DNA from: the human T2T-CHM13v2.0 reference genome, Homo sapiens
Assembly (NCBI RefSeq): GCF_009914755.1
Contig: NC_060941.1
Direction: 5' to 3' (one strand)
Length of the DNA stretch: 64,000 bases
The first letter of the stretch is position 1; each line of letters starts with the position of its first letter. Made by a program: the position numbers and the translations under genes. Below the pieces are notes generated by a model that saw only the letters and a list, made by a program, of their open reading frames with translations, was not told where the DNA came from and ran no database searches. Below are positions 1 through 14,964 of this stretch, piece after piece.

Positions 1-460
<460 letters not shown>

Positions 461-878
461 TGATTAGTACTCTGCCTGATACTCAAGGCAGCCCTTTCTG
501 CAGATCTGGGAGTTGCCCTCTGAGCAGTTGTCTCCTCTCCAGCACTCTGTCTTGCTGACTCTAGTCCCCTTGGTCTCTCCTTGGACTCTCACCTCCATCT
601 CTTCCTTCCAGAAAGTCCCCCAGGCTCTGCCCAGTTCTTTCTCCCTGTGCCACAGCCTGATAACTCTCTAGGCAGGAAGCTGGAGAAATCTTAGGGCTCA
701 GCTCACTTGTTTTCTGTCTCTCAAGAATTTCTTTCCTTCATTGCCTGATGTCCAGTACCTTGAAACTGATGTTCCATATATCCTCTCCAGCTGTCTGAAA
801 GTTTTGAAGGGGAAGGAAATACAGTCCCTGCTACTCCATCCTGGGCAAAGGCCTACAACTAAAGAATTTAAAACTCTC

Positions 879-1258
879 TGTGTTAGTCTGTTCTCACACT
901 ACCATAAAGAACTACCTGAGGCTGGGTAATTTATGAAGAAAACAGATTTAATTGACTCACAGTTCCACAGGCTATGCAGGAAGCATGGCTGGGAGGCCTC
1001 AGGAAACATAACCATGGTGGTAGGTGAAGGGGAAGCAACCACATCTTCACATAGCAGCAGGAGAGAGAGAGCAAAGGGGGAGATGCTACACACTTTTAAG
1101 CAAACAGATCTCATGAGAACTCACTCACTATCACAAGAACACGAAGGGGGGGAATCTGCCCCCACGATCCAATCACCTCCCACCAGGTCCCTCCCCCAAC
1201 ATTGGGAATTACAATTCGACATCAGATTTGGGTGGGGACACAGAGCCAAATCATATCC
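879..1258 (-). mobile_element. Solo ERVL-MaLR LTR (MST/THE1 type) with 5-bp target-site duplication
   Basis: Starts tgtgttagtc, ends ccaaatcatatc, contains the MaLR core gatctcatgagaactcactcactatc; CTCTC at 874-878 and 1259-1263. Confidence 0.9.
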
Positions 1259-3449
1259 CTCTCTTCCAGCTTTAAATTTTGAAGTTAATTAAGACTTCTG
1301 GCCAGTCTCCCTGCTCCATGCAGGTCTCACTTAAAGTTTAGACTGCCAGGATGCAGGAGGGCAGGAGCATGCCAAACAGAGCAAAGGGCCCGTGCAGGGC
1401 CTGGAGGTGGGGAACTGTAGGGCGGGATGTGTTTGGGGACATGGGAGTAGGAAATAGAAAAGAAGAAAGTGAACTCGGGACAGATCGTCCCATAGCTGGA
1501 GGGGAGAAGAGGAGATGGCAGAGGGGTGGGACACAGTGAGGAGCTGAGAAGAGGCCAAGGGAGCCCAGGGGTTCACCCCAGGGCACGGGCTGGTGCAGGG
1601 GAATGTGCCAAGGCTGAACTCGGCTCCGCCTGACCCCAGAGCTCAAACTCTGAACCACTTACAACCCTGCCCATTCTGATAACCTGGCCAGAAAGGTGAA
1701 GAGGAGTTCATACGGGACCCAGACCGAGGGACCCTGCCTGAGGTTCACAGCCCCCAGGAGGAACAGAAATGGAGGACAAAATTGGGTTTTCCTGGTCCCA
1801 GAAGGGTTGCTCCCCTCCAGGATGCTGAGCAGGGCCCCTGCAATGTGAGGGGCTTGGTCTGAGTGTCACAGGAGCCCAGAGTTCCCACCCGGTCCCCACA
1901 TGGTCCCAAGGGCTGGGGTGAAGGCAGCTCATGGTGGACACTTTACTGTGCCCCTGAAGATCCTGGGGGTGGAAAGAGGTGGAGCCTTACAATGTGAAGC
2001 TGGGAACCTGCTGGATGTGCAGATGTCTGGGCACCTCCTGGAGATTCAGACTCATTGGGTATGGGTTGGGGCTGGGCCTTGGAGCTCCCAGGCGATTCTG
2101 TTGCAACAGGTGACCTGGGGCTCCTCCTTGAGAGGCCCCGCTTCATGCAATGGGCATCTTTTCCCAAAGAGCCGCTGGGAAGGTGGAGGGCCAATCGTTC
2201 AGTGCTCTAAGAATCTCCCAGTCAGTGTCCCAGTGGGAGTCCAGGGCCTGGGGAGAGAACAACAAGCAGGTGGGGGAGGGGAGGGGCCTCAGCAGGCAGG
2301 CAGAGGCAAGCTTGGTGAAGGGGGTTCTGTCGGCAGCCCTTTAAAGTCCCCTGTGCTCTGGGCTCCTTCCCATCCCAGATCTTATCTCTGGGTGCCTGTC
2401 CCTGGATGGAGCTTCCCCAGGGCACCCCAGGACCCCCCAGGGAAGGAAGAGGGGGCAGATCAAAGGGCGGGCGCCCAGACAAGGGAACCTGAGATGCTGT
2501 CTTTGTCTGCATCCTGGAGAGGCCCGGGGGAGACAGGATGGATGGGAGCCCTGGGCCAGAGGCTAGTGGGGTGGGGGGGTCAGTGGAGAAACCAAATCCT
2601 GGTGTATTCACTATGGACAAAAGGAAGGGGTTGGAGAGGGGGTCAGGCTCCTCTCACCAGCTGCTCTGGCTAGAGGCTTCCGGCAAGGTCTTGGTACATC
2701 CGGGTCAGGTTCTCTTCAGGGTCAGGAAAGAGCCAAAGGAGGTGGCAGTTTGGGGACCCAAATCCACGCATCAAGACTCCCTTTTAACTGATTCCAAATT
2801 ATCCACACCCAGGAGGGGGCCTAGGAGCAGAACCGGGGGTGAGGGTAGAGTAGAAAAATAGGCCACTCCCCAGATTCCCCATTCCCAGACACCCCCACCC
2901 CTCCGGGAAAGCTGAACAGCCACTTGGGTGTAACACCATCCCCAAGCTTGGGCTCCCTCACATCTGGAGCCCCAGCTGCTGCTGCCATGGAGGCTGTGAA
3001 CTCTTCCCCGCGGCCTGCCTGGTCACAACAACAGGAGAAGAGCCGAGGGGGCGGCAGCTGTCTGCTCGGGGCTGTCTGGCCACAGGCTGACGCCAGGGCT
3101 CTGGAAGGGGGTGGCGACAGTGGGAATCCGTGTTTCACCTGCCTCTATGGTAATTTGGGGCCTTACAGTTGGAGTTAGGGTTGGGCATGTGTTTGGGATA
3201 GGATTAGCATTATCCCAACTTTGGTCAGAATTCAAGGAGAACCAGAGACTGAGACCCCCAAACCTTGTGCCCCTCACAATATTCCAGGCGAGAAGAGGTG
3301 GTGAGCTGGGTGGAGGTGGGGCTGGGTAAACCCGGGGGCAGGTGGGAGTGCGAAGGCCTGAAGTCACCTTCCTGTTCTCCAGGGCTCTCACACACCATGA
3401 CCCTTCCCTCCATCACCTCTGAGGCTGGTTGTTCTAAACCCACCTGTAC

Positions 3450-4030
3450 CTGTTGCTGTCTCTGTTACCACACATTCAGCAGCTTAAAACAACACACATT
3501 TACCACCTCAGAGGTTTCGCGGGCCAGGAGCCTGGGTGCAGGTCCTCTACCCAGGGTCTCACAGTCCAGGTGTCGGCTGGGCTACCTTTCCTCATGGGCC
3601 TCTTCCAAGGTCACACGGTTGTTGGCAGCCTTCAGTTCTTGCGGCCCTAGGGCTGAGGTTCCGGTTTTCCAACCGGCAGCCAGTGGCTGCTCTCAGCTCC
3701 AGAGGCCGCCCACAGTCCCTGCCACTGGCCCTCACCCAGGCCCCCTCAGTGCAGGGCAGGACACATCTTCAAGGCCAGCAGGAGGCTCTCTCTGACCTCA
3801 GGGAGGGCCTCAGTCCCTCTTTTAAGAGCTTTCACTTGATTACATCAGGCCCACCCAAGGTAATCTCCCTTTTGATAAATCAAAATCAACCAGTTTGGGA
3901 CCTTAATTACATCTGCAAAGCCCCTTCACCTTTGCCGTGTTCTATTGGCTGAAAGCAGGTTGCCGATCCTGCCTGCGCCCGGGGGAGGGGAATCTGCGAG
4001 AGCATCACTCACTGGGGTCACCTTAGGTTG
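3450..4030. mobile_element. MLT1-type MaLR LTR, diverged
   Basis: gcttaaaacaacacacattta and gggaccttaattacatctgcaaag resemble MLT1 consensus motifs. Confidence 0.6.
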
Positions 4031-5691
4031 CCTCTGCCACCATCCCACCTTTTCTCACATCACTACATCTCCTCCTTCTGCAGACTTCTGCCATCTCGGT
4101 CTCCGTGAGTCAGCGAGCCTGCCAATAGTCCAGGGAGGGGGGCAGGGGGGACCCTTTCTTTCTTCAACTTTGACTTCACAGAGGGCTGTGGAAGGTGCAC
4201 CAGGCATGCTGGGGGTGTGCAGGCCTGAGACCCCCATCCTTATCGGGGAGGCTAACTCCACATAAAGAAGCCACTTTAGATCCTTAGAGGAAACCAGGAA
4301 AGTGTCTAAGCAGAGGGGTACTTTGAGCCAGGGCTGGTGGCAGTTTGCGGGCAGCCAGGATGGGGGGTGGGGAGAGGAAAGGACAGCTCCAGCTAAGGGG
4401 CGGCTTAAGCAAAGTGGATTTGGGGAACAATGTGGCTGTTGACTGCAGGGCTTTAGACAGACAGATCAGACTGGCAGGCAGCTGGGGGAGCACTGGGAAT
4501 GTCAGGCTGGGGGCAATGGGGAGCCACGTGTGCCTGTGGGTGGGGGACATGATAACATCTTGTTATGGACGCCTCCTGAGAATCCCGTTTCCTTCTCTAT
4601 ATTGAGCTCCCACTATAAGCCGGACACTGTGTTTGGGGCTGGGAATGCAATACTGAATCAGCAGAGAGGGGACCTCAGGGATTTTAGAGACGAATCGGGA
4701 CAGACAAACCAAGTCATCAATTACATCTGCAGTGTGAACTAGGAGAGGACAGGGTATTGCAAGAGCAAGGAACCAAGGATCTGACCTAGTCTGGCAAGTC
4801 CACAGAGGCCCGGATGGGAGGGGATGTGGTGGAAGGAGGCAGCCAAGCCGTGGTGGTGACCCATATATCACATCGCCCCACGAACCACGGCAGAGAAAAC
4901 AGAAAAGGACAGGGGAGTGCCTCCTGGCCCTCACACATGAAAATAAGGTCTGGAACCAACCTCCTTGTCCCTAATTCTTATCCTCTTTCAAAATAAAGGC
5001 CACCCACACTCCTGTGTGCCCAAGTCCAACCTGGCACCTTCCTCCTGATTTCACCCACCATGAAGGAAAAGCCCCAGAATCCCGAACCCCTGCATGGACT
5101 CAGAGGCACGCGGCCAGCCAGAGGGGCATTGCCGTGTGTCTGCAGGCTGTGGGTGCTCCCCGGGGTGGGTCACCCCTCTGTGCCCAACTCAGCAGGCCCA
5201 GGGGCCCCCGCCCCACTGCCTCACTGTTCTGCACACCCACCCAGATGTTCTCACGCCCCATCGCCCCAGACACAGCCCCAGACAGCTGCACAGCTGGCCT
5301 CCTGGCCGGTGGGACAGTAGGCCTGCCAATAGCCCGGGGAAGGAGGGCACACAGGGGACACCTCAGACAAACAGATCTGCTGCCCTGAGCCAAAGCATAC
5401 AACGGGCAGGGGCCTGAGCAAGCAGGCTGGCCAGGGGGTGGGCTTAACCCTTTCTCTTCCAGCATGGCCCCAAGGAGTCCCCTGTGAACTCATCGCTGCC
5501 ATTCCCCTGCCTCCAGCCTCATGCTCCCCCTTCCTTGCTTCCTGAAGAACAGGTTCATTCATTCTCTCATTTTTACAGACATGGGTAAGACAGGTTTGCC
5601 CCCAAGGTGCCAGGGTCTAGAAGTTCTTCCTGTTGTCTGACCCTCCTACTCTGTGTTGGTCACTGCTGTCCTCTGCTATGGCAGCTGCTGA

Positions 5692-5708
5692 CTGCCCCCT
5701 TCTGGCCA
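5692..5708 (-). promoter_or_regulatory. CTCF motif, reverse orientation
   Basis: Minus strand reads TGGCCAGAAGGGGGCAG, close to consensus TGGCCACCAGGGGGCGC. Confidence 0.55.
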
Positions 5709-7024
5709 GTGGCTCCTGCCCTTGGATCTCCAGTTCCCCTCAGCCTCCAGGTGGGCCAACAGGAGGTCTAGGAATAGTAGGAGCAGGAGACATGGCCATC
5801 GCAGGGTCTGGAGGGAGCTCAAGGCACCTCCATGTCCCAAGGGTGTTGCCTCTGCTCTGGAGGCAGCACAGAGCCATGGGTGCAGCCTGGTCACAGGTCC
5901 CCACCCACTAACCAAGCCTGGACAAGTCTCTGAGTCCCTGCTTCCCCATCTGCAGGATGACAGTGAGCATAGGAGCCCCATGCGGGCTACTCAGAGGACG
6001 AGAGGAGGCCATGCCTGCCACACAGGGTGACTGCTCGGCGGCTGCCTCTGGCTATCTTTATGACAATAGCAGGTACTGAGCACACTCTGGGGACAACAAC
6101 ATCTGAGCCATCTTGAATTCACACTCTTGTGCGCGAGGCAGACATTGAACCCATAGGCAAATCAGCAAAACGTGGTAATCCTAGATGTGACAAGTGACAG
6201 GAAGGAAATCAAAATGGGGGTGAGCAGGGGCCTGGGGGGGAGGAGGAGGGGGCAGCCACAGTCAGGGCTGGGGTTTAGAGATGGGGTTTGCCCATCTCTC
6301 AGGGCCTGGGTCCTGGTATGTGTTGGGAGACAGATTCAAAGGTGAATGGGTGCCAGGCCCTGCCCCAAGACCTCCTAGCCCTGACAAATGCTGAGACATG
6401 CAGGGTTGCAGGCGCACACAGAAGGGGCCCTTCGTCGCCAGGGCAGGCAGAGGGAGAAAGGGGCTCTGGGCTATTGGAAGAGAAAGTGAGGCTGGGTGTG
6501 GTAGGGCGGCCCTGTGAGGCCGGAGGTGACAGGCTCTGAATGCCAGGCAAAGAGTTGGGGCGTTCTCCTGGGGCACTAGGGAACCATGGAAGGTTTGAGG
6601 CCAGGAAGTGATGTCTCAGATGTGGGTTTCTGGAGAGCCACTCTGGCTACTGTGAGAAGTAGGGGTTGGCAAGGCCGGCCCTAGGGAATGGTGCGGGCCT
6701 GAAGCCTGGTGGCCCAGAAGCCCAGGTAGAAGGGGCCAAGTTTGTGTTGAGGAGGAAAATGGGTAGTTCCTGGCGACTGACTGCAGCTGCAGAAGGGAAA
6801 GAACTGGAGTCTCCCCAGGAGCGTGACTGTGACCCGCTCCTCTCAATTCAATGCTTGGGTGAGCATCTGTGACAGGCCAGGCTTGTCCCATGTGCAAGGG
6901 ACAGCCATGAACGGGCCAGATGAGGAATCTCACAGAGCTCCCAGCCTGTGAGGGACAAGCGGGTGTTAAACACATCGCAAAGAGAGTGATGACTTACGAA
7001 TTCTTAAAGGAAGGGGCCAGGCTG

Positions 7025-7150
7025 TGTGCTGTGCACCTCGAGCTCCCTGAGGGCAGGGGCTGTGTCTCCCCCTTCACTCTGGAGTCCCTGAGGTTGGAGC
7101 AGTGTGCTCTCTGCAGGCTGGAGGCTCCCTCAGAGAGGGTCTGTCTCCTG
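7025..7150 (+). repeat. Degenerate ~41-bp tandem array of an L2-3'-like unit, 3 copies
   Basis: ccctgagg at 7045 and 7086, ccctcaga at 7127; unit gagctccctgagggcaggggctgtgtctccc. Confidence 0.6.
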
Positions 7151-7614
7151 CCAGGGCTGTGGCTGTGCACCGGCTGTCAGGCCCTGCCTGCTCCCTACAC
7201 CACCTGAGGCGCCAGAACAGAGGGGAACAGGCCGTGTCATCCTGAAACACTCACCAGCCACCCGCTGAACTGAGCTGAGCCCACAACTCCAGGGCAGCCA
7301 GGCCGCCCACTTTCTCTCAGAAGCACCTCTCAGGGATGTGGCCAGAGGAGATCTCCCCACATAAGGTCCCCCCTGGGGCTCCGCCCTTGCTGCCACAGCT
7401 GCCCAGTCTCCCCACAGCCCTGGGCCCTCCGCTGTGGAAGCCAGGGGTGGCTGCTGAGTGGGGCTGGGGACTCTGGGCAGAGGCTGATATTCGCTCTCAC
7501 TTTCAGAGGGCCCGAGGGCAGGAACAGGAGGGCTGGCTGCGGAAAGTGTCCTTAGCCTCCGTCCTCAGTCCTGTGGGCCTTTGTTCTATTGGCCTCAGTT
7601 TGCCCCTGAGGTGA

Positions 7615-8278
<664 letters not shown>

Positions 8279-8689
8279 ATCTGTTGTTTTTTAATTTCAA
8301 TAGGGACAATACATCTTGGGAAGTTGAAAGGTAAGGAATTATGCCATGTGAGAGACCCACGAGGCAAAGGAGGGGAAATGCCACAGCATGAGAGATTTGA
8401 GGCTGACACCCAGAAGGACTTTCGAGAAGGAGGGTGTGAGCCGCTGGATGGGCCCCGTGTGGTTTCTTTACAGGGCTCCATCTGGCTGGCCAGGAGGGGT
8501 CTGGGGCCAAGGCAGTCTAGGAGTACACATTTGCCCTTTGTAGCTGGGCCACAGAGTTTTGTCCTGGGCTGCTCTGGGCTGGGTTCCCTTCCTGGCATGC
8601 ATGGAGTTTGACCTTTGGCCTTTGGTTAGGCCTAGGGCAAGGCTGTTTGTCTGTCCACTCACCCCAGATCATTAGGACTGTGTAGAACC

Positions 8690-8890
8690 CAGGGCTGGGC
8701 TCTGAGAGGAGCTGGCAGTCTGTCTGGAGGTCAGAGGCAGACACGCCCCTGCCTTCAGGACAGTAGGGACAGTCGCCACTGTCAGGGAGCTCAAATCCTA
8801 TGGGGGATACCTGGCTCCTGCCATCAGGGGCCCCACCCAGTCAAAGGAAGGAGTCCCAGGCTCTGCCTCAGGGAAGAGACCTGTCACATG
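8690..8890 (-). repeat. Degenerate ~42-bp tandem array of the L2-3'-like unit, reverse orientation
   Basis: tcaggg at 8782, 8824 and 8868 within cctgcc-tcagggagctc-cagtc-gggg units. Confidence 0.5.
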
Positions 8891-10060
8891 AAGAAAGACC
8901 CAGGAGTCAGGCAAACACGAAGCCCCAGCTCTGGAGGCAGCTGGACCCCCAACCACGTGTGACTATGAAACTGATCAGAAGCTACAGGGAGCAGAGATGG
9001 CCGCCCACCGAGGAGAAAGTGTATTATGTTGGAGGAGCAGGCATCGCCCCCTACCCACAGCCTGTCTGGACACCTGCATAGGGGAAGACGGGTGGGTGGG
9101 AGAAAGTCCTGCTCGGGGCTGTGAGCACATCCATGGGCAGGTGTTCTGTGCTCGGCCTGGAGGTTGGGCGTGCCTGTGTGCTTGGTCCTCAATGCCAGTA
9201 AACGTGCTCCGTGTAGACACTCTGCGGAGGGCCTAAGAGGGTGTGAGGTGTAGGCGTGTGCACTGCCCGTGCAGCACGCGTGCATGAGTCAGGATGTGTA
9301 CTCCCGGGCAGAGGGACAAGCACTCGCCTGGGGTGGGGAGCCTGGGCACGGTCTTGGCCCGATGACATCGTGCTGAGTGATCTCGGGTGCCCTGTGCGCA
9401 GGGAGGGAGTCAGAAGGCTGTGTGAGCCTCTCCAGCAACATGGGTCTGTGTTCTGAGCCCCAAGGAAAGCCCCAGGCGCCCTGCATGCCCACTGCAGGCC
9501 TCTGTCTACCCTTGATCCCTCACCCTGGCGCCCCGACAACTGGGCCTGACCAGTGAATGCTGGCTGAGCCAGCTGTCACTGTGACATCCATTCTCCGCGG
9601 TGGGGCCTGGGAGCCCTCACCCAGCTCCCCCAGCTCTTCCCCCCTCCTCTCCTACGCCTGCCCCCACAGCTGGGAACTAGGCCCAGTGGCAGCTGGAAGC
9701 CTCCCGTGGGGTCTCACGGAATACGTAGGGTCTTATGGAGTTTTCAGCCTTAACCCATGAGCTAGAGGGGACCAAGGCAACAAGGAGCTCTGCTCCCAGC
9801 ACTGCCAGAGCCCCTCTTTCCACGGCCCCTGTCCCCAGAACTCCAGGAAGACTTCTGGGGTGACAGCCCAGGCAAAGGCCAGGAAGGAGAAGACTGCTTA
9901 TTTGCATATCACTCCCATCTGATTTGCATGTGCAGTGAGGCTGGCCATTTCTAAGTTATGCTGGAATCTTGATTTCAGGATGCTGAGCCTTTCCTCACAT
10001 CTATTCTTGGGGCTTGCCTCTCTCCATCCCGCCTTGACCCAGACACCTCCTAAAGGACAG

Positions 10061-10061
<1 letters not shown>

Positions 10062-10112
<51 letters not shown>
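10062..10112. repeat. (CA)25 microsatellite followed by degenerate CA-rich sequence to ~10440
   Basis: Uninterrupted CA run counted directly. Confidence 0.97.
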
Positions 10113-10114
<2 letters not shown>

Positions 10115-13100
10115 CAGTCCCTGCATATACCTGCATTTACAGACCTGTATTTGCATACATACACCTATAGCCCCCTCCATGAGAGTCCTGGGTGCCTGGC
10201 CCTGTGCATGCTCCATGGGGATATACACTGTTACACACATGTACACACTTGCACAGGCAGTTGCACAGACACCCATGGTTATGTGTTTTCACACCCACAC
10301 ACAATTCACCCACATTTCTCTACACTCCTATACACCCTCCCAGAGCCTCCAGTGCATTCTGCACCCTCCATTGATGAATGAGCACACACACCTCGGCCTC
10401 ACACAGGGGCCCAGAGCCTGCACACGCTCCACACACTGGGCCTGGCTGCCAGTGAGGTGCTCTAAGCAGCAGACCCCTCCCAGACCCCAACCTGGGCAGG
10501 ACTGGCAGCAGCTGTCCTGTGTGACTGTTTCAGTGGCTTTACCACCAAGGGGTCTCTGGAATTCCCAAGTTAGGGGGCAGTCCTTTAGTGAGAGCTTTGT
10601 CTCCACTGAAATATGGCTCCTACCTGCATTTTCTGTCTTATCTCCATCATCCCTCCCACCCCCTCAAGTCCCCTGCCTTCATTAATCACCAAACACAGCT
10701 TCCTTGGGTGGCCCTGCCTTCTACCTTTGTTCACCCTGTTCCCCACCAGAACACCTGCTTGCTTTCCTCCACCATATACACTTGTGCCTCTTTGCCCTTG
10801 TCCATTCTCTTCCCTCCTCCTAGGTTGGCTTCCCTCCCTGTCCCTCTGATGAACTCCTATGCATCCTTCAAATCCCACCTCAAATGTCACCTTGTGGGTA
10901 AACTCTTCTCCAGCTTTACCAAGCAGAAGTAGTCATTCCTCACTCTGGGCATCCAGAGGCAGAACAGTGTGGTGGAGAGACAGGATTGGCCTGTCTGGAT
11001 TGGGGCTCGTGGGCTGCAATCCTCTGTTTGTAAGAAGGAGCCAGGGGACTGTTCTGGAAACTGCAATTACATGGCAAGCATCTTGGTTTCAATGGTATTT
11101 TGTGTTTATTGCTGTGGAAGGGCCCAGGCACGGAAGTCACACAGTGCTGCTTCCCCCTTCTCTGCTTTGCACCTTTGGGCAAGTGTTGCAATCTCTCGGG
11201 GCCCGTTTCCCCGCCTGTACCATGGGCTCACGGTGGGGGATTATGAGGACCCAATTAAAATGTGAACCTTTGTGACCTGAATTCTCATTACACCGAACAG
11301 TAAAGACGAATTTGGCTCAAAGGATTTTTGCTCACTTCTCTATCTCCCTGCTGGACTGGAAATTCCTTGAGGGCAAGGGCTATGTCTCTTTTATCTGAAA
11401 AATGAGGATAAGAGGCCAGACCTTAGACTTATGATGAGGATTAGAGTTCATTCACAGGATGTGCTTAAAAGAGCTCCCTGGCACTCCCTCAGGGTTTGTT
11501 GCTATAATTACTGTTACATACACTATCATTTAATCCTGACATCAACCTTGTGTTGTTGGAGATACGGTTATCCCACTTCACAGGTGAGGAAAGCAAGTTT
11601 TGGAATGCTTAGGGCCCTCGTTGCTAAGGTAAGCAAGGTTCAGAACCCAGATTTGAACCTGGATCTGGCAGAGGCCTAACCAAGATGTCCTCATGTTGTC
11701 ATCATGGATCAGGATATGATGGTTCTGGGCAAACTGATCACATGTCCAGCCCGGGACTTGGTGGTGTGGCCTGTCTGTGTGTGTCTATGCCCCCGCTGTG
11801 TCTCCACAGCATGCAGCCTGTGCTCCAGGTGGACCAGCAACTGATGACAGTGTGGACACCTGAGAAGGAGCTGCCCCGTGGCCCCATCCCCATGGCAAAC
11901 AGGTTCATCTGTACCCAGGAACAGGAGGCCACAAGGGGAAGGGGAGACAGGAGGATCTGGGGCCAAGGTCTTTTTCCACAAGGGCCCAGGGTGCTGGTCG
12001 TTCAGCCCCTCCCAACACTTCCACTCAGCATCCCGGCCCGGAGCACCTGGCTGGGGAGACCTTTCCACTCCACACGCCACAGGAGAGTGAGCACCACGTG
12101 ACTCCTGGGAAGCCTGCCCTGGAATGCACGTCCGGGGAGCCCTATTCCCCCCGACCTTCCCACTACAGACCTCGGGCCAACAGCCTAATGGGGGCCCTCA
12201 GTCCTGTGAGGACGGCTATGGGGACTGCATAGGGCAAAAGAGGCAGGGGCACATGGGTTTCCTGGGTGACATCTGGGCCACAGCCAGGCCAGAGTGGTTC
12301 CTCCAAGTCACACAGCAAGCCTGGGCCTGCCTGGCCCCCTGAGTCAGTGGGAGCCCCCTTGCCCTGACCCTGCTGGGGGCTTGGCTATCAGGTGGTGGGA
12401 GTCCCTGGATGTTCTGCTGTGGGCCTGGTTCCACCTGTGTGCCCAGTCTGCTTCAGGGAGGGTGTCTCAGATGGCCCAAATCCCAGTAGGGACAAACTAG
12501 GCGTCTGAGAGGTGGTAGAGCTTCCTCTGTTCTTGGGACCAAGCACACTCCCGGGAGCCTGCCAGCCTGGGACGGCAGAGCCAATGGGGCATGAAACAGG
12601 AAAGGAGGGGCTTTCTTGGAATGAAGCAAGACACGGGCGTGAGAGGCCTGCAGCTTGGGGCTGATGCTGCCTTTGGATGTCCCCGCTGGGGCCCGGCCAG
12701 CTCTGGGCGTGGGGAGAATTATGGGGAGGAGCGGGGATGTAGGGATTAGGGGTGTGGGGAGGGTGAGGCCTAGAAGAGCCCGTGATGGAGGTTGCCGTGC
12801 ACAGGAAAGGGCTGTCCAGGGATATTCTAGCCTTGGGGTCCCCTGCCCTGGGCATGCACCAGGAAGCCAGCCACCCTCTCAGCCCCCTTCCCACTGCCAG
12901 GTTTCTTGGGGAGAATCTGGTAGAAGCCTCCCAATTCAGCTTCTCCCACCTGCCCGCTGAGACCCAGGGCTCCCATCCCAGCTATTCTCCACTCCCAAGA
13001 AGAGAGGGAGGAGGGCTGTGCTGGGGTTAGAGGACGGCGGGATTTACTGGGATTTATTGGTTTGGGCAGGGAACCACTAAGACGCCTGGGAAAGTGGCTA

Positions 13101-13523
13101 ACACCCCTCTCCTGGCTTCTTCAACACCAGCTCCCCCTCAGCTCTGGAAGCAGCCATGTCGCTTTTAGCTACAGTGAGAGAGATTCGAGCTGGACACCAA
13201 GACCTGACACCAGGGGTAACGACTGCGTGGCGCAAGGAGAGCTCTCTCTCCTGCCCAGAGACACACCAGGCTGTGAAATTTGCCCGGAGGCAGGGGCATG
13301 GAAGGAATGACCTCCTGGGCAGGTCCAGATCCAGCATGACCTCACCGGCCGGGGCCCTGAGAACCGGACACTCGAGTCCTGTGGACACTCTGGAGTGAAT
13401 AGGGCTGCGCGGAGAAGGACACGTGGACGAGGAGGTACCGGATGCCTGGGGCCCACCCAGGGCCTGGGCTACAGGGACCCGCTCTGCCATGCGCCGAGCC
13501 TGCTCGGGTGCGGCGGTGCCACA

Positions 13524-13540
13524 GCGCCCTCTGTTGGCCA
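13524..13540 (-). promoter_or_regulatory. CTCF motif, reverse orientation, in a CpG-rich patch
   Basis: Minus strand reads TGGCCAACAGAGGGCGC. Confidence 0.6.
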
Positions 13541-14623
13541 GAGGCGGAGGCCGCCTGTTCAGGGCCTCTGATGGAAACGGGGACTGGAGCTGCCTACAAG
13601 ACAGGCAGGTGCTCCAGCGTTCTGCCCGGAGTCAGCGGCCACGGAGGTGGCCATCCCAGCTGGGAGAACCTTGGAGACTCCTGTGCCAAGCCCTGTTCTT
13701 TTGCTGGGAAACTTGAAGCCAAGAGAGGAGAGAGGCCCGGTGCATCCGGGTGCTGGGCCCGGGACTGGACTGTGGGGGCTGTCCAGGTTCCAGTGGTGGA
13801 AGCATGGGATGCCCCAGGACTCCCTAGTCACCCCCACGAGTCACCTCAAACCCCCATCCAGCCGACTGCAAAAGCACAGCTTCTAGACAGCTCCCACCCC
13901 TGCCCCCACCTTCCACCCAGACTGCAGGCCCCTCAATCCGTAACAATTCTAGAGCCTCCCCATCTCCCCAGCACCCTCTGCTCCCACACACCCTCCAGCC
14001 CCCTTTGCCCCACTCCATCCGCAGCCTCAGGAGACTCTCTGTGCTCACCTATACACCAACCATTTCCCACTTAAAGCCTCTGCTGCTTTCTTCTTTTGTC
14101 CCCAGGAAGTGAAAACTTTATGTCTTTTCCTTTTTGATTAACTTTCTTGGATTTTCTTTTTAATTAAAAACCATAGTACTACATGTTCTTTGTAACAGCT
14201 TAAACAAACCAGAGGTATCTAAAGAAAAAGTTGATAATCTCCTCTCTCCCTCTCCAGTCCCCCTTCGCCGGTCACTAATGTGGCTGAAGGAGCGTTGTTC
14301 TGCCTTGGGTTCTCTCAGGACCTTCGTTAAACAAGTAAGAAGGACTGAGACCTATTATGTGTTGGGCTCTGGGCTAAGCCTGGCTGCAAGAGCCAACAAG
14401 TCAGCAGCCATGGAGCCCACTGCCTTGATGGGGCCTCGATTCTAGTGGAGGGGAGGAGAATGTTTCAAATGGTGATGAATTCTTGGGGGGAAGGGATGGT
14501 GGGATGATAGGTGATGGACCGGAAGTCAGGTGGCCTGGAGCAGGAGTAAAATGCCACTTTCCACCTGCTGCAAGTGGGATTGCCAGGGAAGGGCTCTCTG
14601 AGGAGGGACATTTGAGTGGAGCT

Positions 14624-14637
14624 CCAATAGAGGGCAC
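14624..14637 (+). promoter_or_regulatory. CTCF-like motif, forward orientation
   Basis: CCAATAGAGGGCAC. Confidence 0.4.
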
Positions 14638-14799
14638 TGTAGGCCACCATAAGGAGCTTGAACGTTATTCTGAGGGCGTCGGAAAGCCACTGAGGGAAGG
14701 GAGGGGACCTGATGTGATGTGCGTTGCCCAAGGACCCCTCGGGTGTCCACTGGGTGGAGAACAGATTGAGAGTGGGACAGTGTAGCTGACAGGAAACAA

Positions 14800-14956
14800 A
14801 TTAGATAGACAGATAGGTAGATAATGGATAGATAAATCAGTAGATAATTGATAGATCAAGAGATATGTTGATCAATAGATAATAAATAATGGTTGATAAT
14901 TGATTGAACAATAGATAATCGATAGCTATAGATAGGAATTGACAGATAAAATAGAC
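14800..14956. repeat. Degenerate (TAGA/GATA)n low-complexity repeat
   Basis: tagatagacagataggtagataatggatagataa... Confidence 0.8.
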
Positions 14957-14964
14957 ATTCCTTC

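Noticed and set aside
1900-2673. 257-aa plus-strand ORF
   Set aside because: G-rich composition, no recognisable domain or splice structure; expected by chance at this GC content
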